Made by a program: the position numbers and the translations under genes. Positions 1 to 14,269 of a stretch of 64,000 nucleotides of DNA are shown here, in pieces (position 1 is the first letter of the stretch; each line of letters begins with the position of its first letter). The stretch comes from Eledone cirrhosa. Lineage: Eukaryota. A model generated the notes under the pieces. The model ran no database searches. It was not told the origin of the DNA and was given only the letters and a program-made list of their open reading frames with translations. The stretch covers positions 270,754,001-270,818,000 of the forward strand of contig OZ024742.1 in NCBI GenBank assembly GCA_964016885.1. The letters run 5' to 3'.

Positions 1-179
1 AAGAACATATTGTAATATTGTTCCCAACATAGTCTCACATAATTGTATGTAGAACGAATTCATTTAATTTACTACACTAATAAATGACGATTTACGATTG
101 AGATAAATGCAATTTTGTTATATTTAATATTTTCCGAGTCCAAGTCTATTGAAATGGGGATTATCTTAGTTAGAAAGAA

Positions 180-180
<1 letters not shown>

Positions 181-250
<70 letters not shown>

Positions 251-260
251 GAGAGACAGA

Positions 261-302
<42 letters not shown>
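181..302. repeat. (TA)n-(GA)n compound microsatellite
   Basis: Direct reading; source of the [12 protein letters not shown] ORFs. Confidence 0.95.
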
Positions 303-307
<5 letters not shown>

Positions 308-899
308 ACATAGAATGAAGAATCGCTGAAGATTAGGCCAATAATGTTCTTTCTCAATGATTTTTATATAAATATAAAATTTTGCTCATGGTTATTTCAA
401 ATATTTATTTTACCTTATCCATACATTTCAGCTTTTCACGCTTATTTAGTGATAATATTTCTATTAGGTTCAACGGAAAATTGCATTTCAAGAAGAATTA
501 TACTTTATTTCGAAATGGAAATGGACTGTACGTAAACGTTATGATGATTGTATGGAAATAAATGCAATACCTAGATGTGACAATTAAACCAGATAAAAAA
601 GGTTTTAAATTGAATCTAGTTGCTACAAATTTCCATACCGACGAAGCTGGAAAGAGCGAAATACGTATTTTTTTTCTATTTTTTCTTTCTCCCAATCTCT
701 TCATCTCTCTCCCTCTCCCTCGCTCTTTCTCTCTTTCTCCCACACACACAGATATACACACACACATATATATATAAATATATATCGAAACATCGGTTCG
801 GGAAACAGTTACAGCTGACGATGGAAACTCCTTTCTTTCTCCTCCTGTTCCGTCATAACCACCATCCTAAACCCTATATATATATAGTAATAATAATAA

Positions 900-1100
900 A
901 TGTATAGACTAAAATCCAAAGAGGGCACGATAAGGATAAATATATATAAAATATATAAGAACCGTAGAGCAAATATTTATTAAAAAAACAGATTAAAGTT
1001 TAAGCAAAGAATCGCTGCTTTCACCCTTAACGAGTTTCAGAAGATCCCGTTAAGGGTGAAAGCTGAGATGCTTTACTTAAACTTTAATCTGTTATTTTAA
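900..1100. mobile_element. PLE-derived pseudo-LTR fragment with fold-back (related copies at ~7680-7830 and ~45300-45375)
   Basis: Inverted arms aacagattaaagtttaagc...ctttcacccttaacg / cgttaagggtgaaag...cttaaactttaatctgtt; same sequence recurs at 7680 and 45306; contains an HHR motif. Confidence 0.6.
1033..1083 (+). ncRNA. type I hammerhead-like motif, CAGAAGA core variant, stem III decayed
   Basis: agttt-CAGAAGA-t ccc gttaa ggg t-GAAA-...-TT-aaact; stem I AGUUU/AAACU. Confidence 0.55.
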
Positions 1101-1344
1101 TGAATATATATATATATATAACTGAACAAAAATGAATATTAAAGGAAAAAACGAACACCGACATATATATAGACATGTGTTCAAATCGTAATGGACTAAA
1201 ATATTAAGATTTGAACACATATATATGTGTCTCTGTTCGTTTTTTCTTTTTTGTTCAGTTATATAGGGCTCGGAAAAGCATTTTCCTAGAGCCACTTTAC
1301 TGTAATGAGACTATTTTGAGTTTCCAACTCAATACAAGCTTTTG

Positions 1345-2944
<1,600 letters not shown>

Positions 2945-2945
<1 letters not shown>

Positions 2946-3545
2946 GTGGGTGTCTATGGGTGCGCGCGAGTGTATGAGTGAGTGTGTTTTGTGAATGTGT
3001 CTGTTGATTTTGGCATTGGCATATAGTTGAATAGTTTAAGAGAAATTTGAGGGCCATAGTAAGATATGCACTCAATATTTTGAATTTGTCTACAGAATTC
3101 TCTAAACCTTGTCACTTAGTAAAGAATTTAGCTTTTAAAGAATCTCCCTTTCCTTTAAATCTATCTACCATGACTGACCCCCACTGATTTTATAGACACC
3201 TGTTAGTTTAATAAGGATTGGCATGCCATCCTGAACCTGTTTATAGATTTCTTTCTGCCTTTGTTACTCTAAAATAAAAATAAACTATAGCTTTGTAGTG
3301 TTAGCTTCTAATGAATTTTGTCAACCAATGACCTACACCCATCCCACTCCCCACCCTCTCCTACCACTTGTAGAGACCTATATATACCATAATTATTTTT
3401 TGATACCCAGATTCCTGATGATTTCTGAAGAATGAAACAGTTCTAGTCCTGTAGAATCTCATCTATATTAAAACTGTTATACTCTGCTATGTATTGAGTT
3501 CCTTACTTACTGTGGTTACCTCCGATTCAACCCGGAATAACGTAC
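2945..3545 (+). mobile_element. Penelope-like pseudo-LTR (same family as 30190-30805)
   Basis: High by-eye identity to 30190-30805, which is attached to a PLE RT/GIY-YIG fragment; ends ...cccggaataacg into (TA)n; carries an HHR. Confidence 0.8.
3409..3459 (+). ncRNA. type I hammerhead ribozyme motif
   Basis: agattc-CTGATGA-t ttc tgaa gaa t-GAAA-cag ttctagtc ctg-TA-gaatct: 6-bp stem I, full core, GUA site. Confidence 0.75.
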
Positions 3546-3589
<44 letters not shown>

Positions 3590-3594
<5 letters not shown>

Positions 3595-4830
3595 AAAGGT
3601 AAATTGAAATAACAACACAATTGGTGCAGTATATGGAAGGGATATATTAGCTTAGCGCTTGATATAGCAGGAAGAGCGTCTTAACGTTTCGGATGCTAGT
3701 CCTTCTTCAGAAGAAAGCATGAGAAATAAGATAGATTGAGGAGACGGGCGAGATGGAATTGGAAAAAATGTCTTTAGATAAAATACCACGTCCATTCGTG
3801 TTGACATCACTTGCAAAACCGTTGGTGCTGGCGTTTTGTGTATTGTTTTTATTTTTGAAAAGTGGATGATGGCGCCCGTCTACCTGAAAAGGAAAAAAAC
3901 GTTTTGTAAAAAGAGCTATACTCGAGCCCGTTCGTAAGCATGTGTGTGTGTGTGTGTGTGTATGTGTGTGTGTGTGTTTGTGTTATTATACGTCCGTACG
4001 AAGCTATGAAGAAATGCGTGTGTATATGTGAGTAAAATGATGTGTGTGCATGTAAGTAAGAAGCTATGAGCAAAAGTATGTTAATAAAAGGGTGTGTATG
4101 TGTGCATAAAGAGCAGTGAAGGGAAAAGTGGAGTGAGCATATATAGTCGGCATGTATTAGTTGTCAGAGAAGATGTTAATGGTCAAGAGAAGGCAATAGG
4201 AATATTGGGGTGTGATAATGGATTGGATATTAGAGAAGTTGGGGAGGTGAGTTTAGTCCAAGAGGGGTTTAGGACCCAAAGCGGTGGTTCAGACTTCCTT
4301 TCGTCCTGGTGCGTGAGGTCTTTTATCCATGATGTAAAAAGACACCCAGGACTGAAACATGTAGGGAAGAATGACCAGAACAGAAATGACGGGCGACAGG
4401 AGTATCCAAACTGTGTCGTATGTCCATCAAAGTTCGGCAAAACGGTCTGCCATACGGCGTCCCGTTTGTCCGATATATAAAGACCCACAAAGGGAACACT
4501 GGAGGGCATAGACAATGTGCGTGTATATGCAGGTGAAGGAATGGCGGATACGGAAATACACGTTAGGACCTGTAAGAGTGGTGAGGATGGAGATACAGGG
4601 ACAAGTGTTGCAGCGGGAACGGGAAGAAAGATGAGAACCGGGTGCTCCCCACCACTGAATCTGCACACGCTGTTCCCAACCTCCTTCACACTTCCGCCAT
4701 CGCCTCTGTCACTCCCTTACGTCCTTGCACTGTAGTAACCATACCGCAGGACCTACCACTCTCCGAAGCTGGAAAGCGGTCACCAGGACTGGCTAATTAC
4801 GTGGCCGCCTTCTCCTTTTGGTCATCTCTC
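3590..4830 (-). mobile_element. Penelope-like element 3' part (GIY-YIG endonuclease remnant plus pseudo-LTR)
   Basis: ORF 4427-4666: RCNTCPCI...HSFTCIYTHIVYALQCSLCGSLYIGQTGRRMADRFAEL (GIY-YIG with Cys-rich linker); frameshifted continuation WIKDLTHQ; HHR downstream. Confidence 0.85.
3679..3714 (-). ncRNA. minimal hammerhead ribozyme (PLE type)
   Basis: Minus strand tctt-CTGAAGA-a gga ctagca tcc-GAAA-CG-TT-aaga; palindromic ACGU stem III. Confidence 0.8.
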
Positions 4831-4883
4831 TGCTTTTCAGCCCCTTGGATTGTGTGTATTATATTCCTTTGTTAAATTTCGGA

Positions 4884-4942
4884 ATATCTGATGATGTCAC
4901 CGGATTCACACTGAACCCGGTCATCGAAATGTTCACATAATA
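4884..4942 (+). ncRNA. hammerhead-like motif with long stem II
   Basis: tat-CTGATGA-tgtc accgg attca cac tgaac ccggt catc-GAAA-tg ttca ca-TA-ata; stem I is only 3 bp. Confidence 0.55.
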
Positions 4943-5405
4943 AACCTTTATTGAAATGTTCCTATAATAAACCATTAAGGAATTACAACAGTCCAACCTC
5001 CTGTTATGTTATATAAATATATATATATGTTTCCTGCTGATTTAGAAGCTCGAGAATGTATCCTTGATCGGATATTTGCAAACGCGAATGTAACCCCAAG
5101 GGGTAGAAACGTAATCCTGGTATGTTTATATACATTTTTTCTTCTAACTTTAATTTTATACCTAATTGTGTATGGTTGACGATATATTTAATCGATATCC
5201 ACGTGCTATTGAAATGCTCGTTAAATATTCTATAGCTGTTGACCGCTAATAGATGGCTGTCGTTTATCTATTTATTGTTTCTTCATAGGTGCCTTTTAAT
5301 CGTATAGCCTGGTTTAATTGTATTTTTTGTGTGGTTGATTATGCTGATTGGGAGAGGAAATGGTGTATATATCTTATCATATGATTCTATGGACATATTT
5401 TATAG

Positions 5406-5439
<34 letters not shown>

Positions 5440-5596
5440 TAGGATTGGTGCTCTGAAATAGCGATGTATACATGAATGCATGTATATTATATTTGGTAAT
5501 ATACTGTATGTTTAATTAAATACATTTTAAGACCTTGAGCTATTATTTTAAAGTAGTGACTATGTCGCTTCTTTTTTCAGCAAAGGAAGGGAGATA

Positions 5597-5638
5597 AGAT
5601 GACAGATCTGTTTCACACTTTCCGTGTTCCTCAGAGCC
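5597..5638 (-). ncRNA. hammerhead ribozyme motif
   Basis: ggct-CTGAGGA-acac ggaaa gtgt-GAAA-cagatctg-TC-atct; palindromic stem III, one stem I mismatch. Confidence 0.7.
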
Positions 5639-6006
5639 TAGCACTCGGCGACCTCTGGCGAAAATTATAGAGGCTGGATTCTTAAAGATTTCCAGTAATA
5701 ATCAGGAACTGATTATACAGAGCGATTGCCGGACAAGCAAAAATTAAAAATTAGGATTGCTGCTCTGAAATAGCGATGTATACATGAAGGTATGCATAGT
5801 ATATTTGGTAATATACTGTATGTTTAATGTATACATGTATATATTTAATGTATGCATTCATGTATACAACGCTATTTCACAGCACGAATCCTAATTTTTA
5901 ATTTTTCCTGGACCGGCAATCGCTCTGTATGATCTCTTCCTGATTATTACTGGAATTCTATAAAAATCCAGCCTCTATAATTGTCGGCAGAGGTCGGCGT
6001 GTGTTA

Positions 6007-6046
6007 GGCTCTGAGGATCACCAATTGTGAAACAGATCTGTCAGCT
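6007..6046 (+). ncRNA. hammerhead ribozyme motif (inverted partner of 5597-5638)
   Basis: ggct-CTGAGGA-tcaccaattgt-GAAA-cagatctg-TC-agct; stem II weakened. Confidence 0.65.
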
Positions 6047-6182
6047 TATCTCCCTTCATTTGCTGAAAAGAGAAGTAAGTGACATAGTCACTACTTTAAA
6101 GTAATAGCACAAGTTCTTCAAAAAGTTTTAATTAAAATACAATATATTACCAAATATACTATACATACATTCATATATATAT

Positions 6183-6236
6183 AAATGTAAGTATGTATGT
6201 ACATGCACATAAATATATGTATACAGACGTACAGTA

Positions 6237-6291
<55 letters not shown>

Positions 6292-6790
6292 CACACATAT
6301 ACATATGTACGTATGGGTTTACCGAACATTTATTATAATGATCGGTGTGTGTGTTTGTAAACAAACAAACAGGCCGAATTACGCCGTACAGTGTTTAGAC
6401 AACCATCGTCGCCTTTTTGTTCAACACTGACACAGAAACGATGTACTAGTTTCAAGCTTATTAGCTATCGTCAGCATTGTATACCTTCCTGCCAGATGAT
6501 TGAACGTCTGAAAGTTTATACTTTCCTCATGCATATTAACGGCTGAGCAGCCTAATTAGCATATCGAGTGAGTTTAGTCGGCCGGGCGCACCGAAAACGA
6601 TAAATGGAAAAAAATGAAATGAAATTTCTCACTCTTAGTACGGCTGATACTTAAATGTAAGTATGTTTGTATACGCACATACATATATATATATGTACGT
6701 ATATATATATGTACACATATATATATGTACGTATGGGTTTACCGAAAATTTATTATAATGTTCGGTTTGTTCGTTTGTAAACAAATGCAT
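6183..6790 (-). mobile_element. non-coding ~471-nt HHR unit with terminal direct repeats
   Basis: aaatgtaagtatgt...gtacgtatgggtttaccgaa...tgtaaacaaa at 6183-6365 and 6654-6785; HHR in the middle. Confidence 0.7.
6441..6477 (-). ncRNA. minimal hammerhead ribozyme
   Basis: atg-CTGACGA-t agct aata agct t-GAAA-ctag-TA-cat; palindromic ACUAGU stem III. Confidence 0.8.
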
Positions 6791-6813
6791 AAGGAAATAT
6801 ATATTTTCAGACG

Positions 6814-7665
<852 letters not shown>

Positions 7666-7873
7666 AAGAAAAGATAATAAAATGTGAAGACTAAAATCCG
7701 AAGAGGGCTCGATAAGGATAAATATTTATGAAATATATAAGAACCGTAGAGCAAATATTTATTAAAAGAACAGATTAAAGTTTTAGCAAAGAGTCGCTGT
7801 TTTCACCCTTATTCTGTTATTCTAATAAATATATATATATATAAATATATAAATATTTATTAAAATATTTATT

Positions 7874-8140
7874 AAATACATAAATTGATGTATGACATAC
7901 TTCAACTGTACTGATGGTTCAATTCCAGTCTTGGCAGCACAGTTGAGGTATGTCATACATCAAGTTATGTATTTTATCTGATGAGGACGTACTGAAAAAA
8001 AGCACAGTACCTCCAAAATATATATAATAACATATATTTGATTAAGTGAATGTCTACATTTATTAATATTTTGAATTAATATTAATAACTCCAGAACACC
8101 TAGTTGAGTGCTTCTAATCTATTTTAAAACTATATTCATT
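7874..8140 (+). mobile_element. PLE-like terminal fragment: ~100-nt hairpin followed by a degenerate HHR
   Basis: Inverted arms 7874-7909/7939-7974; ttat-CTGATGA-g...gtactg...cagtac ctc-CAAA-atatatat-a-ataa (G12 changed). Confidence 0.5.
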
Positions 8141-8171
8141 GATTAGTCAATGAACCTATGTTTAACTTTTG

Positions 8172-8215
<44 letters not shown>

Positions 8216-8409
8216 AGAGTATTTAAGTTTGCTTGAAGCATTGTGGAATAATAAATAAATATCTTTAAGTCGTTTGGAAGCCTCGACAATGCAAATGGGT
8301 AAATCTCCGGGTAACAAGATCCGGTGGTGGAGAGAGAGATATTAAGTGGGTGTACGTTGAGATGCGTGGTGTGTAAAGATGTGTAAATGTGTAGAAGAAA
8401 AAAGGGAAG

Positions 8410-9360
8410 AGTATAACGGATAGCATAAAAATAACAACACAAGAGAGAGTTACCTTGGGAGATATTTAATAGTCCCTATTTATTTCGGATTCACATCCAT
8501 CAACTGGGGGTTTTTTTCCGGGGTAAAGGTTGTCTGTCGGACAGGTGCGAAACGCGTCCTCCGCTGTTTGTTGTTTTGAATATCTGAGGTATTCGGCAGA
8601 GCGCGCGTGCGCGTGAAATGGGGTCGGTCGCGCAGAGGTTAGCGGCCGAATGAGGGAGTGGGGTGGCGCTAGCTGTCAGTCCATTCTCTGCCTGTTTGTT
8701 AAATGTTACTGTGTGTGTGTGTGCGTGTGTTGTTGTCTCGCTTGAGTGTGTGTGTGTGTGCGTGTGTAGTTGCCTTGTTCCTCTGTATTGGCAGTGTAGT
8801 ATGTTCGTATGGTGGAATGCTACTGTGTGTGTGTGTAGTTGTCTCGTTTGTGTGTGCGTGTGTTGTGTGTTGCTACATTGTTTGTTAACTTAAACAGCCA
8901 TCTCATTTCGCTTCTCTCTAATCGGTTGTTTATTTGCGGTTGCAGGCGTTTGATAAAAAGTGCTTCCTTGATACGTAACGTGCCGACGTTTCTTTCAGTC
9001 GCTAGAATTGTGACAATGGGCCTTCCGTCTTTGTTTCCGCATTTGTCTATGTGTTTCTGTTTGTCACATTTTTAATCCGTCGGAACATTTTCTCTTTTCT
9101 ATGTTTGGGTGTGATATTTCATTCTTTGTTCTCTAGTGTGCCTCCTCGTTCAATTTTACCACGTTGTTCGAGTACAGAATGAATTCTTACCATCATGGTG
9201 TTCTCTCCATTGTTCATTTATCATTGGTTTTAGAATACGGGCTGGCTCCCCTATGCAAGTTGTGTTCCAATTCATACACTGTCCTCAAACAAACGAGGGA
9301 ACAAAATAACGAATTAGTCAATGAGGAGACCACAGAATATGTGACGAAAGGGCTTTGACA
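8410..9360 (-). mobile_element. decayed Penelope-like element 3' end
   Basis: Minus-strand translation includes HIDKCGNKDGRPIVTILATERNVGTLRIKEALFIKRLQPQINNR (GIY-YIG C-terminus); degenerate HHR at ~8474-8510. Confidence 0.7.
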
Positions 9361-9834
9361 AAAAGCAAATAAATACCCATCCTGTTAATAAAAAAAACAA
9401 CTGCAAATTTGTAGTAAATTGACGTGAAAACCAACAAATTCGTGTGTTTTTATTGACAACATAATCCTCCCAAATTATAACAATGTATATAGAGCAGATA
9501 ATTGGCGTACATATCCGTAAGGATTGGTATGTATTCGCTAGAATCAAACACATATGCTAATACGTTACCTGCGGCATATCTGCATACTTGAATTACTACA
9601 CCACATAATTGTATAAACATCTTGTGATGTCATTTCAAGACTGCCAATGGTATAACCATGCCATAAAAGAAGTATTCGATATCAACACTGTCTTAACATT
9701 ATGCCTTATATATGTATATGTGTGTGTATATATATATATATATAAAATATAAGGGAAAACAAAATGTTTTCTTCCAAATAATCGTCTCTTTCTCCCTATT
9801 TTCATCTATATATATATGAATATATATATATATA

Positions 9835-9894
<60 letters not shown>

Positions 9895-10760
9895 CGTGTG
9901 TGTGTGCGTGTATGTGCGTGTGCGTGTGTGTGTGTGTCTGTATGTTTGTGTGTGTGTGTGTATGTGTTCAGTAGGAGTTGTTTTTGTAAAAACAGTAGCA
10001 AGCAGCAGAAAGCTCTCTACATTTATATTTACGATGGAGATACAGTATAATAATAACATTAAGAAAGATGGTGATGTTACATGAATCATTTATTAATAAT
10101 AATTATTTGAACGGTTCTCTTATGCAATCCAAGATGTATTTTAAGCATGTGTTGTTGTTATCTGAACGGTATCTTTAGATGAATAACCGATTGTGTGATA
10201 TGCCACAAGCAAGAAATAACTTCCTTCTACTCGTGAGGCCGGCTGACAAATAAGTTCCTAAAGGGTCTTCTCAGCCGTTGTTTTATCTATGTATCAATTA
10301 GTGAATCTGGTCTCATGTACCTAACACAGAGCTGTGGTCGTAAATTAGCAAATAGATATTTTTCAACCATGCGGTGGGTACTGTACCAAACTTTAGTCTA
10401 TGCGTAGCTAGATTTCATCAAATACTAGGAGTAATAAAAGGAATGTTGAGGGTGGGTGATATAAACACTGTGATGACAGTTATAGTCAAGACAACAGCAA
10501 TATTGACTACATTATTTACATTGACCGTTGTAGCAGCAGTGATAACAGTGAGTGGACTATTAATGGTGCAGCTACATCAAAACTAGACATCCAATAGAAT
10601 TACCACATAACCCAAGCAGCGGTGACAACAATAGCAAAAACATTAGTAAGGAATTCGGTAGCTACAACGACAGTAACAACAGTCACAGCTGTGGGGGTAC
10701 TGGTCGCTGTAAACAAACGTCCATAGCAATAATGACAATAATAATAATAAGGATAATAAT

Positions 10761-10938
10761 TGTTTCTACTTTTGGCACAAGGCCACAATAACCCAGTGCA
10801 TTACTGGTTCTTTATTTTATCGACACCGTAAGGATGATTTATCCTCAGCGGGATTTGAACTCAGAATGGAAAGGGCAGTAATTCTATACGTCAAAGCATG
10901 TCGTCTGACCCTCTACCGATACTGCCAATCCACCGCCC
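10761..10938 (-). mobile_element. tRNA-derived SINE with 22-bp target-site duplication
   Basis: A-box/B-box-like head (tggcagtatcggt...gagttcaaatcc); TSD taataataataaggataataat at 10739-10760 and 10939-10960. Confidence 0.85.
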
Positions 10939-10973
10939 TAATAATAATAAGGATAATAATAATAAGGATAATA

Positions 10974-13295
10974 TCGAACCTAAACATTTCGAATAACGGT
11001 GAAAAGGAGACTGGAACATCACGTAAAGATTCTCACCCAGCAAGTGCTCCCTGGCCCAACAGAAGGGAACTGGCTGTCATCCAAATAATGCTGGTGTTGG
11101 AGGGAGAAGAAGGAAAGGGACAAGAACCGACTGGACGAAAGAATTGAATAGAACTGTCATGAAATGTTACCTGAAGAGTAACCCCAAGGAGAAAGGCTAT
11201 AGGAAACGGATGCACAACATCTGGAATAAGATTGGACTATTTAAATTAGATGAACAGAAATTGGACGGGCAGGCTCGGGTAATAGGAACTAATGGATGGA
11301 TAAGCGAGTTTGAAATGGAGGAACTGAGCAGAGAGATTAAGTTGGAAATGGAGAGTGGAGTATGTCAGGCAAACGAGCCAGTGGGAAATGAATGTGAAGA
11401 AGTGGAGAGACCTGAGGAAGCTCAGAAGCGGACAATGATCTGAATGCTGAAATAAATAACATCTGGAACAAAGATACGGCCATTGCGGAAAGGAATACTG
11501 ACCGACTAGGACAAGATTTCGTTAATATCCAGAATTTAGTTGTAGATGAAATGAACAATGATCGTGTAAAACCTATGAACCTAAGATTTGTAGAGAGGAA
11601 AAAGTTAAAAGAAACAACAGCTAAGGTAAACAAAGTCATCCCATACCCTGACGCGAGGAACCTTGATCAATGCAACAATAACCTCAAAGCAACCGCAAAT
11701 GCGGTAAGGAAATTACTTGGCATAAAAACGAGAGGAAACAACACTCAAGAAAGATCAGAACCTAGGTGGAAGAAACGAATGAATGGTCAAACCAAGGAAA
11801 TAAGAAAAGATACTGGAAAGATTGAGTCCTTACTGAATGGGACGTTACAAAACATAGACACTAAAGATAGATTGGAAATAAAGTACAAAACAAGGGGGGG
11901 AAAGCTAAATATTATCATAGAGGAACTGAAGCAACTCATTGTAGCAAAAAGTGCAAAGATTAGGCGGTATAAGGACAGAGTCAGTCAGTATAGACAGAAC
12001 GGCATGTTTGACAACAATCAGAAGATGTTGTTTGGACAGCTTGAAAGGAAAGAAAAAGGCAACGAATTGATCCCTGAGGCGGAACAGACTAAGACATTCT
12101 GGAGAGGAATATGGGAGCAGCGTGTTGAGCATAACGGTCAGGCAATGTGGATTGAGGCAGTACAAAAGGAGATTAGTGAACAAGCACACCAACAACCTGA
12201 TTTGAGTATCACAGTTGAAACTCTTAAGGGGCAGGCCAAAAGACTAACCAACTGGAAATCACAAGTCCCAGATGGTGTGCATTGGGTATTGGATTAAAAA
12301 GATAACATCCCTCCACCCGAAACTGACAACTGTGTTCAATGACTGCTTGATGTCGGGTGAAGTACCAGAGTCGTTGACAAAAGGTACCACAGTTCTGGTA
12401 ATGAAAGACCGAATGAAGGGTAATGATGTTACCAACTATAGACCTATCAAATATCTGTCCATAATGCAAAATCCCTACATATTACCTTCTTTGAGAAAAC
12501 TGAATTTAGAGATCCACAGACATGGAACTGGTTAAAGAAAGGAGACCTTAAAAAGGCTACAAAAGGAATATTAATGGCTGCGCAGGAGCAGGCATTCAAA
12601 ACGAAGTGGGTGAAACACCATATTTACAAGGAGGAGGCTAGCCCACTCTGTAGGCTCAGTGGAGATGGAGAAAGAGGAGTCTGTGGCTCACGTTGTATCC
12701 GAGTGTAAACACCTAGCCCAGACTCACTATAAAGGCCGGAGACATGGTGTGATGGGCAGGGTGATCTACTGGCAAAGTAAACAATTTACCACATTCTGAG
12801 CATAAGCCAGAGTCGGTGATAGAAGTTGCTATGGAATTTTAGGATACAGACGGATAAGAAAATGGAAAACAATAGGCCTGACCTGGTGGTTTGGGACCAG
12901 GAAAAAATATCGTGCCTGATTGTAGATGTAGCCTGCCTATTTTACACGAGAGTGCAAGAAAGGGAGAGGGAGAAAATTAACCGATACCAGGATTAAAGTG
13001 GGAGGTAAAAAGGATTTGGAACTGCCATGAAGTCAGAGTCGTCCCGATTGTCATAGGCGCACTAGGTACTATCTCAAATAGTGTCCAAGGATGGTTAAAG
13101 AAAATTGGTCCCGCCCCGCTTTTTGGACCACTTCAAAAGGCATGCTTCCTGGGAACAGCAAGAACCCTCCGATACGTCCTGAATATCTGAGGCTGCAGCT
13201 AGTGGCCTGATATTCATTTCAACAAACTTTCCAGTTAAATAACACCAATGACTGAGACTCAAAGAGCAACAATAATAATAATAATAATAATAATA
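10974..13295 (+). mobile_element. R4/Dong-type non-LTR retrotransposon (RLE endonuclease), internally deleted and frameshifted
   Basis: VMKCYLKSNPKEKGYRKRMHNIW N-terminus; pre-RT region to YRPI; then WLKKGDLKKAT, a Cys/His knuckle, RPDLVV...DVAC and VVPIVIGALG; (TAA)n on both sides. Confidence 0.85.
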
Positions 13296-13296
13296 G

Positions 13297-13834
13297 ACAA
13301 TTTACCACATTCTGAAAAGTGGTATGAGCATAAGCCAGAGTCGATGATTGAAAACGATCAGGTGAAGGTGCTGTGGAATTTTAGGATACAGACGGAAAAG
13401 AAACTGGAACACAATAGACCTGACCTGGTTGTTTTGGACAAGGGAAAATGATCGTGCCGAATTGTGGATGTAGCCCATCCATTCGACACGAGAGGGCAAG
13501 AGAAGGAGAGGGAGAAAATGAACCGATACCAGGACTTAAAGTGGTAGGGAAAGAGTATTTGGAACTGCCATGAGGTGAAAGTGGTGCCGATTATCATAGG
13601 CGCACTAGGTACTATCTCAAAGAGTTTCCAAGGATGGTTAAAGAAAATTGGTCCCGTCCCGCTTATTGGAACACTTCAAAAGGTATGCTTGCTGGGAACA
13701 GCAAGAACCCTCCGATACGTCCTGAATATCTGAGGATGCAGGTAGTGGCTTGATATTCATTTCAACAAACTTTCCAGTTAAATAACACCAATGACTGAGA
13801 CTCAATGAACAATAATAATAATAATAATAATAAT
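13297..13834 (+). mobile_element. 5'-truncated second R4/Dong copy in tandem
   Basis: KWYEHKPESMIENDQVKVLWNFRIQTEKKLEHNRPDLVVLDK; same 3' UTR and (TAA)n tail as the preceding copy. Confidence 0.9.
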
Positions 13835-14269
13835 TGTATTAATAACAACAGTAGTCAGCCGTTACTACTGTGATATTTATAACAACAACAACGCCTTGAC
13901 AAATTAGGAGAAAGAATTGTGTGATCTGCTTGCCAGACTGTTAATTGAAGATAATAATAAATATGAATGGGGTATCAGTGAAGGAAATGTTTACGTTGAT
14001 TAATATAATAAATAGGTAATATAAGTGTTATGGATTATATGTATATAGTGAAGGGAAAACAAACGTGATTTTTCGATTTTAGATCATATCACCACGCGCA
14101 AGCTAAAACGAAAAGTCAATACCACAATATGTATGCACTTGCAGAAGCATATAGGAGTACCTCGAACCAGAGGATCTCCAATCGGTATCGCCAATCCAAC
14201 GGGCAGCGGCGGACCGGAGGGGTAGACCATTCCACGCGCCCACGATATTTGCGTAACACACACCTGGAG

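Larger units (their letters stand above)
5436..6180. mobile_element. non-coding 312-nt HHR unit: ~1.3-mer on minus strand joined to an inverted ~1-mer
   Basis: aggattg(g/c)tgctctgaaatagcgatgtatacatgaa at 5441 and 5753; 5850-6180 is the diverged reverse complement; one HHR per unit. Confidence 0.75.

Noticed and set aside
4094-4480. 128-aa plus-strand ORF
   Set aside because: Antisense to the Penelope GIY-YIG remnant.
5030-5115. CTGCTGA...GAAACGTA possible hammerhead
   Set aside because: Core mutated and no convincing stem I or stem II pairing.
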